Part shown: positions 39,905-52,932 of the stretch, piece after piece
How the letters are laid out: each line of letters begins with the position of its first letter
Position numbering within the stretch: the stretch's first letter is position 1
DNA from: Pecten maximus
Taxonomy: Eukaryota
Assembly (NCBI RefSeq): GCF_902652985.1
Contig: NC_047026.1
Span: 2,831,307-2,895,306 of the forward strand
Direction of reading: 5' to 3'
Length of the DNA stretch: 64,000 nucleotides
Made by a program: the position numbers and the translations under genes
Notes under the pieces: model-generated
The model's database searches: none
What the model was told of the DNA's origin: nothing
Seen by the model: only the letters and a program-made list of their open reading frames with translations

Positions 39905-40813
39905 CCACAAGAACGTTGCCCGAGGTAACCTCCAAGGAGTAGATTTTGCGATACCAGGTATGTCGGAGATCTGGAATTTCCACCTTCGTCTTGTCCCATA
40001 ACATTTCGACATGGAACACTTCTGGGGGCGTGACTGGCTCGTCAAACTGAACTATCACCTTGTCCACAATGCCAAATCCCACACGATCAATGGACTGGAG
40101 CTTGTCTGGTGGCAGCGGTGGGTCGAACATGCGATCACAGGCCGCTTTCAGAACACCGAGGGAAACAGTCACTAACACATGATTTGCATAGAACACCTCT
40201 CCATTCTCGCACTCAACTTTGACCTCGTACTGGTTGTCATCGGAATGCTTGCGATTCCAGTGCACACATTTGACTGGGGTGTTAAGCAGTATGTTTTCTG
40301 TGGGGATGTTTTTCTTAAGAATGTTTAACACTGATTTGAAGCCATTGGGAATGGAGTAATGCACTCCAGGTAGTTCTTGATAACCCCCGAATTCACTGAG
40401 CGACACTTCGTGTAGCGTGTCACAACCAGATATACAGCACTCCAGCAGTTTCCTTTGGTCAAATAAAACTTCGCGTACATGGCGGTCTCCGTTGGAATAC
40501 CTTTCGACCATTGCTGAAAACTCACGTTCTAAGAATGCACCCACACTGTCATTTTCCTCTGGAGTAGGAATGTTGCTCTGATAGTAATCCTCGGCCTGGA
40601 TGATAAGTTGTCCGTACATGAGGTTGATTTGGTTCACAGTTCGCTCATTGATTTCCTCTCCATCCTCTGTCAGAAATGCGTTCTTGTGGCACAGGCCTTT
40701 GTCACCATGCCGCAATTCCAACAGATTGTTGTCGTAGGCAATCTTAAAAATGGGATTTCTCTCGATGCCGTGGATCCAGTTGGCACCCAACTCCACTTTG
40801 TTGTGGTCATCAT
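39905..40813 (-). CDS. Polyamine oxidase, exon 2 (large central exon)
   Basis: This is part of the 352-aa minus-strand ORF. It contains 'VELGANWIHG', the hallmark substrate-domain motif of PAOX/SMOX. It also contains 'HVLVTVSLGVLK', 'FDPPLP' and 'WYRKI', which align to human PAOX. The acceptor is 'ctgttttgtag|at' at 40815-40814. The donor 'gtgg|gtaggt' at 39904 corresponds to human '...HVLSG|W'. The ORF downstream of the donor ('RYSNYNDKDH...') has no homology and is read-through into the intron. Confidence 0.85.
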
Positions 40814-43800
40814 CTACAAAACAGTATCGGTCATAGCTTAAAGTGAAATATGAATTAATGCTGAGAACAGGTTTCATATAATATATACTATATTACTATA
40901 AATAGCACACTTCTGATGCCACGACAAAGCTAGAATATCTCAAGGAGAGTATCGTATTAAACACCCTTGGCTAGCGAAGTTTCCTGATTTAAGGATAAAG
41001 TGCACGTGGTGGTGTTCTAATTTTAAGACAAATTGTACTACTGATCAATTTAGCAACTAAGTAAGGTTCTGATTTATAGACAAAGCATTAACCTGCCATA
41101 ATAGGTGTTACAATTTAACAACAAAGAAGCATTCAAATTCAAATTACCAAAAATGATTTCGTTGATTATGATTCCCAATGTCCAACAAATAAAAATACAG
41201 CAATAAGCTTTAGGTACCCACATACATTAGAAAGCTAATTTTATACTATATTTAAAACCATTTCATGAAGTGATAAGTAATGGTAATGCACAATTTCAAG
41301 AATTTATTACTGTATTTATCTATCAATATTTATAAAAAAAAAAATCATTTTTCTAATCACTCTTGCACATGTACAACTGTCAGCAGTACTAGTGTACATG
41401 TCTTGCAGTAAACTTACCCATATAAATCTCTGGGCCCCCCCTTAGGTTGAAATCCCATTTTCTCATCAAGAGGATGAAATATTCTATTAACCAGTTAGGT
41501 TGAAATCCCATTTTCTCATCAAGAGGGTGAAATATTCTATTAATTAGCAATGCAAGTTAAGCAAGTCTCTGACATATGAAATGATCAAGTTTCATTAAGT
41601 TTGGGTGTACTCACTGAAATTTCCTTATGTATATATACCTGTAACATCACAATGAGACGATACTATACCGATGTCAAATTAAACCCTTCCTATCATGATT
41701 CATCAAGAAAATGCAGTCATTTGGTACAATCATGACATTGAGTGATTGATGATTTTGAGTTTGGAATTCAGGATCAAAACCTCAAATTTAATCAACATGT
41801 AAAGGAATAACTAAAGAAAACATTACCTTTAAATCCTATAGAAATGGCTTTTAGCAAGCTATTTTGTAACAGTTTACCCAGTAATATTCAGAATCTTGAA
41901 CTAAAGAAATCATTTAAGAATTTATACTTTTTTTGGGGACTATATGCAAAAATATGCAAAATCGTTTGAGCTTTTTGGATTATCTTGCGAATTGGCAGCA
42001 ACACAGCATTGATAAAACCTCCTGTTCTCTAATAAAGATGTAATTTCAAAATGAACTTCGGTCACAGTATATAATGTTGGTGACCAATCTTTTGCAGCAT
42101 GCACTACATATAATCAAATTTCATTCCAAATCTATATTGATCACATGCACACAGGGCCAATCAAGTTACCTGTATATGTCCCTAATTGAAGTACAACCTA
42201 ATGTAGCTTTGCCTGGAACCTGTATAGCTATATAACTAATGGTATTGATTTGTACCTCTTCTAAGATTTACTTGACAATTTATTAAATAACTTCTAGCGA
42301 TGACAGAACATGCTAGTGTGTGCTACAGCACCTGGTTGTCAGTACATGTCTTGTACCACCCAGGTTTAATATTACACTACAGATCTAGACAAGTAGTTTT
42401 TTAAATTGGACATCACAGAATTTAATACAATAAATTAATTCATTTCCATTATCATTAAAAGCATTTGCATTGATTTCAGATCACCAGTGATTTGTTGCTA
42501 AATATTATCACAACACTCAAGTCAATTTTCAAAATATATGCCTTTCATATTTTTTTGCTTCTTGCATTCCAATATATTTAAATAAATTAAAATCTGCACA
42601 TGACAAGTATGTATATACAGGGAAATGATAAAGTATTATGAAAACTGACTAACTGTGCAGATGAGTGTACATGTAGAACAATCCAGTTAAAATTCAAGAT
42701 TTTAATAATAGGTAGGACTAATAAAATTTTCAAAATCTGCTTGTTGGTGGCACTTAATCATGATTATGTAATTAGAATCGACTGAAATACTTAATACAAG
42801 ACTTGCGAATACATATCTTTCACCATCAAATATTTATCTTATATTGATACAAAACTAAAACATATTTATTTGTGTTTATTACAATACAAGGTTAGTCCAA
42901 CATCAAAGTAAGATTCTGCTTTTTCTCAAGGTTTGCCACTCATAAACACATGTGCCAAAGAACGTGGAAGCATGCTGAGTGACAGAGTAGTCTATATAGA
43001 GCTAGAGACAGTTACTTAACATTGTTCAAAGGAACACCTACCCATTCCTTTAACATCACAAATATCACTTAAATACCATTGTATATTTTTTTGAAAATTT
43101 GATTATTTGAAACTGCTTTTTATCATATGCAAAGGTGATCTCTCATAGCATATTACACACATTGCAGAAACTTACTATGGTACATTAATTAAAGCATAAA
43201 TGTTGGCAGTCCACAATCACTGGTCGAACCCCACCTGATCTCGTATTTTAGCTTGCAATTTTGCTAGCAAGTTTTTATATAGTTCATCCAGCAAGCTCTC
43301 ATGATCACCTGGCTTTAAAGAGTATTTTAGAGCGAGTGTTTTGACCTGATAAGCCTACAGAATTAAAAGTAAATATTGACATAATCAATGATATTCCATA
43401 AGGCTATTTTCATAAAGCTTTATATATGTGTTTCTGGTTGTCAGTGTGGATCTTAAGACAATGCCAATGGCCGCTCTGTAGACCTTTATATTAGGGAAAA
43501 TCAAATCATTAGCAAATTCATTTGTCCGTTTTTTTAGACTTTTGGTACATAAAAGAGGCTGATAAAGCCCTCTATGTCAAGATACATCTCAAATTACCCA
43601 ATAACATAATTTTATTTTGAAAAAAAAAACTGATTTTTTTTTTCAATATTAACTTCTGATCAATTCAAATTTGAAAAGAGTAACATCTGATTTTAATCAG
43701 ATTGAGAGTATATTCTACCGAATGCTTTGAGACCTTCGTCGTCTGTCTATGTTCTGATTTGTTTGTTATAATAGTCCCTATTCCCGTTTATTAATTACCT

Positions 43801-44295
43801 ACTTTCATTTTCAAAACACGTCACACGAACATGTGAACACACATATACATACAAATGTAATATCATTGAATGACATCACTGAACTATTTTGGTACTGAGT
43901 ATTGTCATTTGGTTTACCAAGAAAATAATGATAAATGTTAAATTATAGTCGACAGGGAAGCAAACGACTCAAAGCAATATATTGACCCGCCATTGGCTGC
44001 CCCTTATTCGTCACGTAAGTGTACTACGTATACGTCTGCGTCCTTGCGTGACCTTCACACCAGGGGCAGTCATTCACAAAATTTAAACGTCATAGTCGCT
44101 GACAAAGAACAACACAAACAAAGCAAATACATCACACGCTCACCATTTGAATACAATCTACATTGATACACACATTATGGAACATTTTAAACATTCTAGT
44201 TGCTTCACAGACAGAAGAAACCTATTTGAAAGGCCCAATCACGCAGAGATACCATGACAGCTGATAGAGAACCCTAGTAGGTCATGAAAACTTAC

Positions 44296-44485
44296 CGACG
44301 TTTATGGTCCAAATTCGCCCTCCCGTTCGATCAGAGGCTTCAATTATTTTGAAGTCTTTGAACCCGGCTTCTGTTAGATGGTTCCCGGCAGCTATTCCTG
44401 CTATACCGGCACCGATAATTAAGACTTTATAATTTCGTTTTTCATTGGTAGTGTCTTTTTCCGGCACAGTCGCATCCATATTCAT
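44296..44485 (-). CDS. Polyamine oxidase, exon 1 (start codon, FAD-binding Rossmann N-terminus)
   Basis: Translation 'MNMDATVPEKDTTNEKRNYKVLIIGAGIAGIAAGNHLTEAGFKDFKIIEASDRTGGRIWTINV'. It has the GxGxxG dinucleotide-binding motif and 'EASDRTGGRI' typical of flavin amine oxidases. The donor is 'aacgtcg|gtaagt' at 44295. Confidence 0.85.
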
Positions 44486-44727
44486 GCAACAGTTTCAGAC
44501 CAGCTGACCGAGAACGTCAGCAGTTGTTGAATGAAAATATATCTATAGAAGTGATATTTAAAATATAACTAAGCGTTATAAGAACCAGTCGAACACAGTC
44601 CTACTCTCCTCACATATAAGTCCACAGTGTTTAGAGATGTAACTCCACTGGTTCATGAACATCTTCCCAGATCGACTGCGACAAGATTTGTTTCACAACT
44701 GGAGCGTTTTCACAGCACATATTTTGA

Positions 44728-44775
44728 TGACGTCAAAAGGTGTGGCCTCCGCATGAGGTCAGAGGTCAAAGTTCG
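44728..44775. promoter_or_regulatory. Candidate proximal promoter elements of the PAO gene: palindromic CRE TGACGTCA (44728-44735), DR1 AGGTCA-g-AGGTCA (44756-44768), and a further AAGTTCG half-site
   Basis: The motifs were read directly, ~245-290 bp upstream of the exon-1 ATG. DR1 is the architecture of PPAR/RXR/HNF4-type response elements, and vertebrate PAOX is peroxisomal. A functional role is inference only. Confidence 0.35.
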
Positions 44776-47700
44776 CTATATTTTCTATTATGACAGGCGT
44801 TGAGAAACACGATGAAAAGGATAAGTATGTTTACTAAATGACAAATTTGATGGTATCTAACATAGATACAAACAATCATTATCTGTATAGCTTTAGGTAG
44901 CTAAGGTAGATGTATAGCTAAAAGGAAGAACGATAAACTCAACGATTGGTCGTTTCTGTAAAATGTCGTCTGCTCTGAAGTTTAACTGAGTGCAGAAACG
45001 GACTCGAATCTTGTAACATTTTCTTATCAAAGCAAATTATGACACGAACAAAACGAAAACGCAATAATAATGATTTATGTATTTATTTATTACTTATCGT
45101 GGTAGAAAAATTAATATGTAACAGAAAGGGGAACATTTGTATTTAAAACATTCTTACTCAACTCGACCACGCTCTGACTGTTGATGGAAATGAACATCTA
45201 ATCTAATGAATATTGTCATGAAATATTAATTGGCCGATTTTTATAGAACAAATTATATGAAATGTTTACGTTCCATTTAAGTTCCCGTGGCATAATATTG
45301 TTTTTAATGCAACTAATTAATTTTATGAAGACGAGGACTGACAATATATATTAGACCTCATACGTTTTTTTCTTAATCCATACGCAATATATTAAAAGAA
45401 ACCATTTAAATTTCAGAAAACAGCTAACTTATATTCTTAAACTTTGATGCATGACAGTTAAATCAAGCTTATGTCGTCTGTGTTGAATAGCTGCTGCCGT
45501 TTGATAACGAGTTGTAGTAATTAACTACCAGAGGAACGGATTTCATTTTTATATGATAGATATCTATTTGATCTTCCATCGGTTACTGAATCAATTTATC
45601 CAAATGATGAAATAATGGTATTCTATTTGATGGATGAGGTAACAATCAAAATAAATTGTGAAGATTGGCATCACATTGTGCTAAACATTGCTAGAGACGG
45701 ATTTATATAAGTTGTAAAACATGTTTCCGAAACCAGCTAGAGCATTGTTTTTGTTGTATTTAATTCATTCCTCGCAGAAATGAAATCAAGTTAATATTAA
45801 AGATTGCAAAAAAATATGATCCAGTCATGAACAAAACGAAGGACAACGTTGAGGTTTATAGCCGCAAGAGTATTTTCAACTATGTCTAAATCATACTTGA
45901 CTCGCGACACGACATCGTGTGATAGAGGAAAAATACACTGAATTAGAAGAATTACACATCAACATGTTTGACTTTGAATTAGCCACGTGACGCATTTATC
46001 TTTTATATATATTGTATGTTGTGTAATGTTCATCTTTGTATAATTAATTTGCATTGAGGGAATAAAAATCTTGTATTCGTTCTCTCTGAATCATACCATA
46101 CTGGGAGTGTATAAACATTTTAACATAGGAAGTCTAGAATGCTGCTTTTCGATTGTCTGGTTCTGAGGACATTGCAAACATGTTGTGCTAGGCCTGGCGT
46201 TACGTAATATTTTTAAAGGTTTTCACGAGTTTCTAGCTCATGAATTCAATGCGTATTAAAAATATCTCACATTATTTCAGAGAACTAAACTGATAATTTG
46301 AGGGAAATTCCATAAATCTTATTAAATGTGTAGAAAAAATATCGCTTTATAACACCATAAGAAATGTTTGCAAGTATTGCCGCAAACATGCATGGTCTAT
46401 TGTAATAATACAATCACGACTTTTCATTTTATTTGATGACGTCATGATATAGATTATATTATACGTGACGAGTTTATAGGCAAAAATGATTAAAATATAG
46501 CACTGTGTGTATCACTGATTAAAAAAACAAATAACAACAACGTTATTTACAGGACATTTGTAATTAGTTTAATAAGCTATAATTGTTTAGGACTAACAGG
46601 ATGCGTGTACACAGCTTATACTTCTAGAACTCTCCATGGTTTCCTGTTGCAAGCTATGGTGTCCATCATTTTAATAGTTCTCTGAATTGTAAATACTGTT
46701 GTTGACATCAGAGCGACAGCTCTGTGTGTAGAATTGCTATCTTTATTTAGATTTTTTTTTTTATACATTCCGAATAATTTTGACTTACATTTTTATGCCG
46801 AGACAGATATGCTCTTTTTATGATTATTTATTCACATGAATATACCGTGGTCTAAATTAGGCAGTCTGTTTGAAAGTGATATAAATAATGACGTTTCATT
46901 ACCAGGATATAAGTGTCACAACTTTAACAGACGTATATCAGAGGTGTTTACAAATTTAGTTTTCTTTAACTGGAAAGACGGTACATGAATAATTTATTTT
47001 CTTTTTTTAATGCACATCACAAACATTCCAACTGTTTCTAGCTCAAAGTAAAAAAAAAAAAGGTAATATTAATAATTAAAAAAAAAAAAACAAGAAACGA
47101 AAACAAAACAAAGAAAAAACAGGAAATGAAAACCAAACAAACAAATACGAAAACAAAGCAGAAAACAGCAACGAAAAAAAATAAGATTTACGCATGAAAA
47201 ATATTTAAAAAAAACAAAACAAGAGGAAAACATAATCGAGAAATAAATTCACATGGAGAGGCTAGCATATGTTAAGATTCTTCTGCTCTATCGGCATTAC
47301 TTTTTAGATTCGTATTTGCTCTTTACTCTTAATCATTTAATCAATTGAAATATCTTTATCAATTCTGGTTTTAGTTGCATTTGACGCTTAGCCTTCCGGA
47401 ACAACTCGTCTCATTCTTGTGAATTCACGGTCTCCATGAAAATCTTTATTTTGTTCATATTTTTCCCTCCTTTTTTTTTTTTTTTTTTTTAGATTTTGAG
47501 TTAAAATTATGATTTCGTTTGCATGTCGTTATTCTCATTTTCCGCCATATTCGGCACCGAAGATCGATGACGCTACACTGCACTTCAGCGCTACGCTCTA
47601 TAAGCTAAATTGAAGCGAATTGCAATGCAATCTACCGAGGACCGGCGATGTGTTTCTGCCTGTTCAGTATCTAAACTACTCTAGCTCATACCAACGGAAC

Positions 47701-48083
47701 TGGCAAGGTTGACGTTTGCTAAATATAAGGCATTAACTTAATATTTTAAATCTTTTAATAACTAACCATCCGTCTTATCGAGATCTGACAGCCCCAACTA
47801 ACCTAATACATTCTCGGCACATCGGCTGTCAAGCAATCGTTATAAAAATGTGAAAATAAGGGAAATAACTGTGATAAATCAGCATGACTTAATTTAACAC
47901 GGTGTGCTTTAAAGTATATGTAACACCCTAACTCATCATCGCCTCAAGATTATATATTTACTGCTTTGTAATAATTATGGATTATATTACGTATGGATAA
48001 TGTATAATAACACTATTGTGACGTCATAAATACTTGTATGATGTCACAATTAATATGATATTATGACGTCGCACGATTGTCTC

Positions 48084-48085
<2 letters not shown>

Positions 48086-48128
<43 letters not shown>

Positions 48129-48152
48129 AGAGAGAGAGAGAGAGAGAGAGAG
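48086..48152. repeat. (GA)n microsatellite with one TAAG interruption
   Basis: Direct reading. Confidence 0.95.
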
Positions 48153-49897
48153 TACCGTCACTATTTGCCGTCTTATACAGAAGATAAACAGAACCTCGTA
48201 GTTGTGGCTATGTCATAAACGCTCGTACACAATCCCCTCTATCTACCCGGTAGTAGATGTGCCCGTGAACAATTGACTGATGCGGTAGCTTGTTTGTTTT
48301 ACTGTGTGATAAGTTATACCTGGTCCAAGGTTAAGATCGGTCAAAAGTAGATATATATGATATACATGATACACAAGGTTCTTCACAGCATGTTGTTAAT
48401 AAAACATCAATAGTTTAGAATCGAAATACCTTGATAATACATTTTTCATATCTTCGCCAATACCTATGTCATAGGTATTAGCGAATAGATGAAAAATATA
48501 TGTGTAATCTTGTCAACGAGCTTAATCTGTTGACGTCTATGGGACTCAGGGAGCCATGCTGACCACGTTGTGCAAGGCATCTATCTACTTATAGGCGAGC
48601 CACATATAATGGTCTGGTTTGTTTAAACATTCGTAATATGATTTAAGTGTATATTGATAGCCAAGGCTATGGTGCCTGCGCCGACGAACGATATATTACA
48701 TATGTAGCTAAAAACCTGGATAATTTTCCCAGAAAGGACATAATGATACATATACATCGAGATACATCCTTCTTATCACTAAACATGCATATCCGGCTTG
48801 CACGAAGGGGAACACGTGAATTGACGTCATCGACGCCTCTAATGACCAATCAAAATGTGCCACCCGTGATTAGTGGCCAGGGATTGGCTATTTAATTGGA
48901 CTAATCACATTCAGCCGTGTTAACGCAGATTTCTAGTCGTTTAATTATCAGTGGAGTTTTGTTTTGGACGATTCATGGTAAAAATATATATATAGCTGTT
49001 ATAATGTATATATACTTACCGAAATTAATTAATTAATAACCCCCAAAAGCTAGCAAGATAATTTATCGACCTTAATGTACAACATGTATATCAAATACAG
49101 AAGCTCATGTTGATATTATACAATATTATTTTTCATATTTTTAATGTTTAGTTTACTGATTTTCATTACGTCACATAGAAAGCTGTTCCAAAATATCTCA
49201 ACATGGAATAAAATTAGCAATGTATCATACAATGTACAAAACAAAACAATAAACGAAATCCGCCCAGTAAAAAAAACAAAAAAAACAACAACAAAAAAAC
49301 AAAAACAAAACAAAATGTGTAAACAAAATATGAAAAGCTTTTATCAAAATCCATGATAATATGAATAATGAAGGAGAACGACAATATAAGACCGAGTCTT
49401 TACTAGAATGAACGTCCTTTTCCTGTCAATCCTCACATGTTACATTTCTTATCAGTAGATAGACATTGAGTAAAAATTCCACATACTTATGACTTAAACC
49501 TAACATTTAGGCGTCGGACAACCCCGATGGAAATTAAAAAAAACCGTAAGGTGATATTTCTGTAGTACTTTACAAGGATATTAGTAAGACTACAATTTAA
49601 TAAACAAAACGTTCTATTTTCTCATTCTTGAAATCAAGACTGATGTTCGAGTTTCCCCCAAACTGACAAAGTAAATGAACTACTACTAACCAGTATACAT
49701 TCGTGATGTCGAGGACTTTTCTGTTTTGAAGGCAGGATTTAATGTCGTACAGTACAGGGATTCTGACAAAAATTGAAGTTCTCTATTTTGCATTTTTTAC
49801 TGACGACACGTCAAGGAATTTTTCTATCTATCGGTCATTTGCTGGCGCGATATTTCTATTGATTACTTTCAAAGACATCACAAATTCACGAATTTAC

Positions 49898-50071
49898 CTA
49901 GCCCGAGTTTCCTCTGGCCCTGACACCATGTCTGGTATAGGGCCCCTACCCCTACACCAGACACAGTGTCAGGGCCAGAGGAAACTGCCCTACACCAGAC
50001 ACAGTGTCAGGGCCAGAGGAAACTCGGGCTACACCAGACATGGTGTCAGGGCCAGAGGAAACTCGGACTAG
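49898..50071. mobile_element. Palindromic hAT-like MITE (hairpin; right arm triplicated) with an 8-bp TSD GAATTTAC
   Basis: The left arm 'ctagcccgagtttcctctggccctgacaccatgtctggt' is followed by three tandem complementary arms 'accagacaYRgtgtcagggccagaggaaactSgg'. 'gaatttac' is present immediately on both flanks. Confidence 0.6.
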
Positions 50072-50165
50072 ATAGAATTTACCCTGATTGTATATCATTA
50101 ACCTCAATCATTTTTATTTTCATTTTAGCACATTGATATCGGGACAGCGGAACAAGACAAACAAG

Positions 50166-50548
50166 ATGACCAAGGTTAAAAGAGGAGCCAGGAAGCTGTA
50201 TACATTTTCTACGCCATACAGTCAGTCCACGATAAGCCAGTCTGCCACAAATTCAAATCCACTCCAGCAAACACGGACGCAGGGAAATGACAAAGGGCAT
50301 TTCTTTGACTTGTGTGATGTATTAGATGAAGTTGTATCTTCAGACAGGCAAGAAAATAAGTCACAATCAAATAAGCAAACTAGATTAACAAAGAAAGCCA
50401 GGAAAGAAGGACCGACAGAGATGAAAGTCGATAAATATAAACTGACAACATCCGCAATTGTAGTGGACGGATTGGGAATAGCTGTTCACCAGAAGTCAGT
50501 TTCAGCATCTTCGCCGAAAAAAGCAGCCAGGGCTGTTGAGAAGAAAAT
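50166..50548 (+). CDS. Hypothetical basic, low-complexity ORF (~128 aa to a GTAAGT donor). Possibly a first coding exon. No recognisable domain.
   Basis: The ATG is in the context 'acaagATGa'. Translation 'MTKVKRGARKLYTFSTPYSQ...KKAARAVEKKM' is followed directly by 'gtaagtgag'. Protein composition gives no homology signal. It is bracketed by the two hAT-like MITEs. Confidence 0.25.
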
Positions 50549-51060
50549 GGTAAGTGAGGTGTTGAAGTGACATTCTAACAGCAACCACCGTTAGATAATA
50601 CGGCATTTATTCCGTCAAAAATATGTACTGTTCAAGTCTTGCCAAAGAAATACTTCGTTTCTTGTGAAACTCTGTGTACTTTGATAATGTTGAATGGTAA
50701 CATAGGTCACTTTTATGTTTTGTGGTCATTTAAGGTGACCAAACGTGGTAAAATATTCAGGATTATTCACAGTTACAATTTCAGATTGCTGGTTACGCAG
50801 GCTAGCATTGGGATTCTCAAATGCCTCGAAAATCCAAGATTATTATTATTACCGTTCAAATTTGATCTAGTTTATTATCAACGTATTCCGCTGTCCTATT
50901 CGCCATCTTTCTTACGAAATGCTGTATAACTTCAAACAATAACATTGCGTCTATCGCACTTTGTATGTAAAAAAAAACCCCACATATTCTGATGCTGACT
51001 TTCCTTTAGTTTTGGCGTCTCCTCAACCTCAATTTCTGCTTCTGTCGTTCTGTTATGACG

Positions 51061-51137
51061 CTAGCCCGAGTTTCTTCTGGCCCTGACACCATGTTTGGTA
51101 CTAGACATGGTGTCAGGGCCTAGAGGAAACTCGGGCT
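51061..51137. mobile_element. Palindromic hAT-like MITE (77-bp perfect hairpin) with an 8-bp TSD TTATGACG
   Basis: 'ctagcccgagtttcttctggccctgacaccatgtttggta|ctagacatggtgtcagggcctagaggaaactcgggcta'. The flanks are '...tgTTATGACG' and 'TTATGACGcttg'. ORFs 51095-51397 and 51141-51467 are spurious. Confidence 0.7.
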
Positions 51138-51589
51138 ATTATGACGCTTGTTCGGTTCATGTTGTTGCCATTCTGTTTTTTCCCTTTGGCGTCTCCTCAA
51201 GCCTCGTATTGTCTTTATTTTTGTTTGACGTCTCTCCAAGTCCAATTGTTTTGTCGTTCTTTGCGTGGAGTCTTTTCAAGTCCTGTTGTTGTCTTTCCTT
51301 TCGTTTTGGAGTCTTCTCTGTCTCGGTTCCTGGTAATATCTTTTCTTTTCTTTTTTTATCCACAATACCTATTGTTATTGCTTTCATGCCGGCTTAGAAC
51401 TAGCATTTTACAATGTATTTTTACGTCGTTGAATTATTTCCATGTTAATTTCATATTAGCAAAGTGATTTACTTGACTTGAAATCTTTTATTCAAAAGAA
51501 TTAAAACAAATGGAATAAAAACAACATAGAATAAAAAAAAAATAGCGAAACCATGATTCTGAATAAAAATCGATAAAACGAGGACGAAA

Positions 51590-51770
51590 TATGAACAAAA
51601 CTATACATTTGTATGGCGACTCATGGTAAAGAGCAAGGATAACATGACCAGATGTTCCGAGAGAGTAAGCGTCTTCATCCACGACACCAATCATACAATT
51701 GTAGGTCAAATCCGGTTAATACACATCTCAAACGAGAAGTAGAGAGATGACAACGGGACCTCTAGGCACA
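51590..51770 (+). repeat. Dispersed repeat family, copy B (conserved flanks with 1 unit of the internal 30-bp repeat)
   Basis: It starts with 'tatgaacaaa' and contains 'gaccagatgttccgagagagtaagcgtcttc', a single 'catacaattgtaggtcaaatc' unit, and the right flank 'caaacgagaagtagagagatgacaacgggacctc'. All three parts match the loci at 52933-53330 and 58128-58320. Confidence 0.5.
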
Positions 51771-52517
51771 TCAATTAACACCGAACGTATCTGACTTCAT
51801 ATCGCGCAAGGAAACAGAATATTTCTAAATGAGATCTGAGTTGATTATGGTGTCGATCATAAATCGTTCTCATGGTCTTCATTAACTCGCATCTTTGGAA
51901 ACCTTGTGTTGCTATTTTTTCGTCAGTCAGTAGCTGGCATCTTTCACGGAAATCGTGATAATGGGAACAAATCATTGAATATTTTATCAACTGGGACATA
52001 TAACAACGTTGGTAGGGGGAGCAGGTATGTTACTATCTAGAAATGGAAAACCGCGCTTGCCATACAAATCAGTTAAAAGCTGCTCCTGATGATTACGTTG
52101 AAAGTAGAGATCGAGGTAAGCGGCTGAAGTTCGTAGTTCGTAATGTCATTTCAAATTCTACAGTGTATCTCCGATCGCTATGATCGATGATTTTGTTATT
52201 TAGATATTATACATCGTCAATATATCTAAGTGAAATTGAATGATTTTGCAAAGTCTCTTTTTCCTGTTCTGATAAGCTCTTCAATATAATCAGCTTCAAA
52301 TGAAAACAAAAATAAAATGTTGGACCATTTTGTCACCAAACTCAACAAAGTTGGTGGGGTGTCGACAATATATTCAATAACTCTCAGAATTTCATCTTCG
52401 GAGACCTTCTAGGTACTCTGCTTGCAGGACCCAAAATTATTCAGAACTATTTGGTGAATCAACTGTTGCGTATTTCTACGTCAATTTCATGTAGATTTGA
52501 AACTATAAAAATAATGA

Positions 52518-52590
52518 TGCCGAAACCCGGGATCGAACCAGGGACCTTTAGATCTTCAGTCTAACGCTCTCCCAACTGAGCTATTTCGGC
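52518..52590 (-). tRNA. tRNA-Phe (anticodon GAA)
   Basis: The minus-strand sequence is 'GCCGAAATAGCTCAGTTGGGAGAGCGTTAGACTGAAGATCTAAAGGTCCCTGGTTCGATCCCGGGTTTCGGCA'. It has a canonical cloverleaf with A box 'TAGCTCAGTTGGGAGAGC' and B box 'GGTTCGATCCC'. From memory it matches metazoan cytosolic tRNA-Phe-GAA. A T-run ('tcattattttta') lies just downstream, consistent with a Pol III terminator. Confidence 0.92.
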
Positions 52591-52932
52591 AGTTATTGCA
52601 ACATAAATCTGCTCAACAAACGTATATATAGAGCCTAGTGATAGTTGATCGATAATATGGCATAAGTTCCGTACTTTTCTTCAGCCATTTGTTACTGCTA
52701 TAGAACGTAAGGAAAGAACATATTCTCAGGACTTTCTCATACTTGAAACTATCTTAAACAAAATACTCTGATCATCAATATTGATTAGCAATACTTAAAT
52801 ATTATTTATGAATGAAAACTTCTTCAATATGTAAATTTAAACATGCTTCCGTACATATTTTATATTATTTCACATACACAATATTATACAAGTTTATTAT
52901 TCTATGCTTAACCTCTATAACATAATTCCAAC

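Noticed and set aside
39259-40045. ORFs 39259-39594 (+), 39657-40001 (+) and 39749-40045 (-) overlapping the PAO large exon
   Set aside because: They are antisense or off-frame relative to a strongly supported exon and have no recognisable motifs. They are by-products of a long coding region. Likewise, the 3' part of ORF 39819-40877 downstream of the GTAGGT donor at 39904 is intron read-through.
44282-44295. The last 4 codons (KFS*) of ORF 44282-44485
   Set aside because: They lie beyond a consensus GTAAGT donor. The exon ends at 44296 and splices to 40813.
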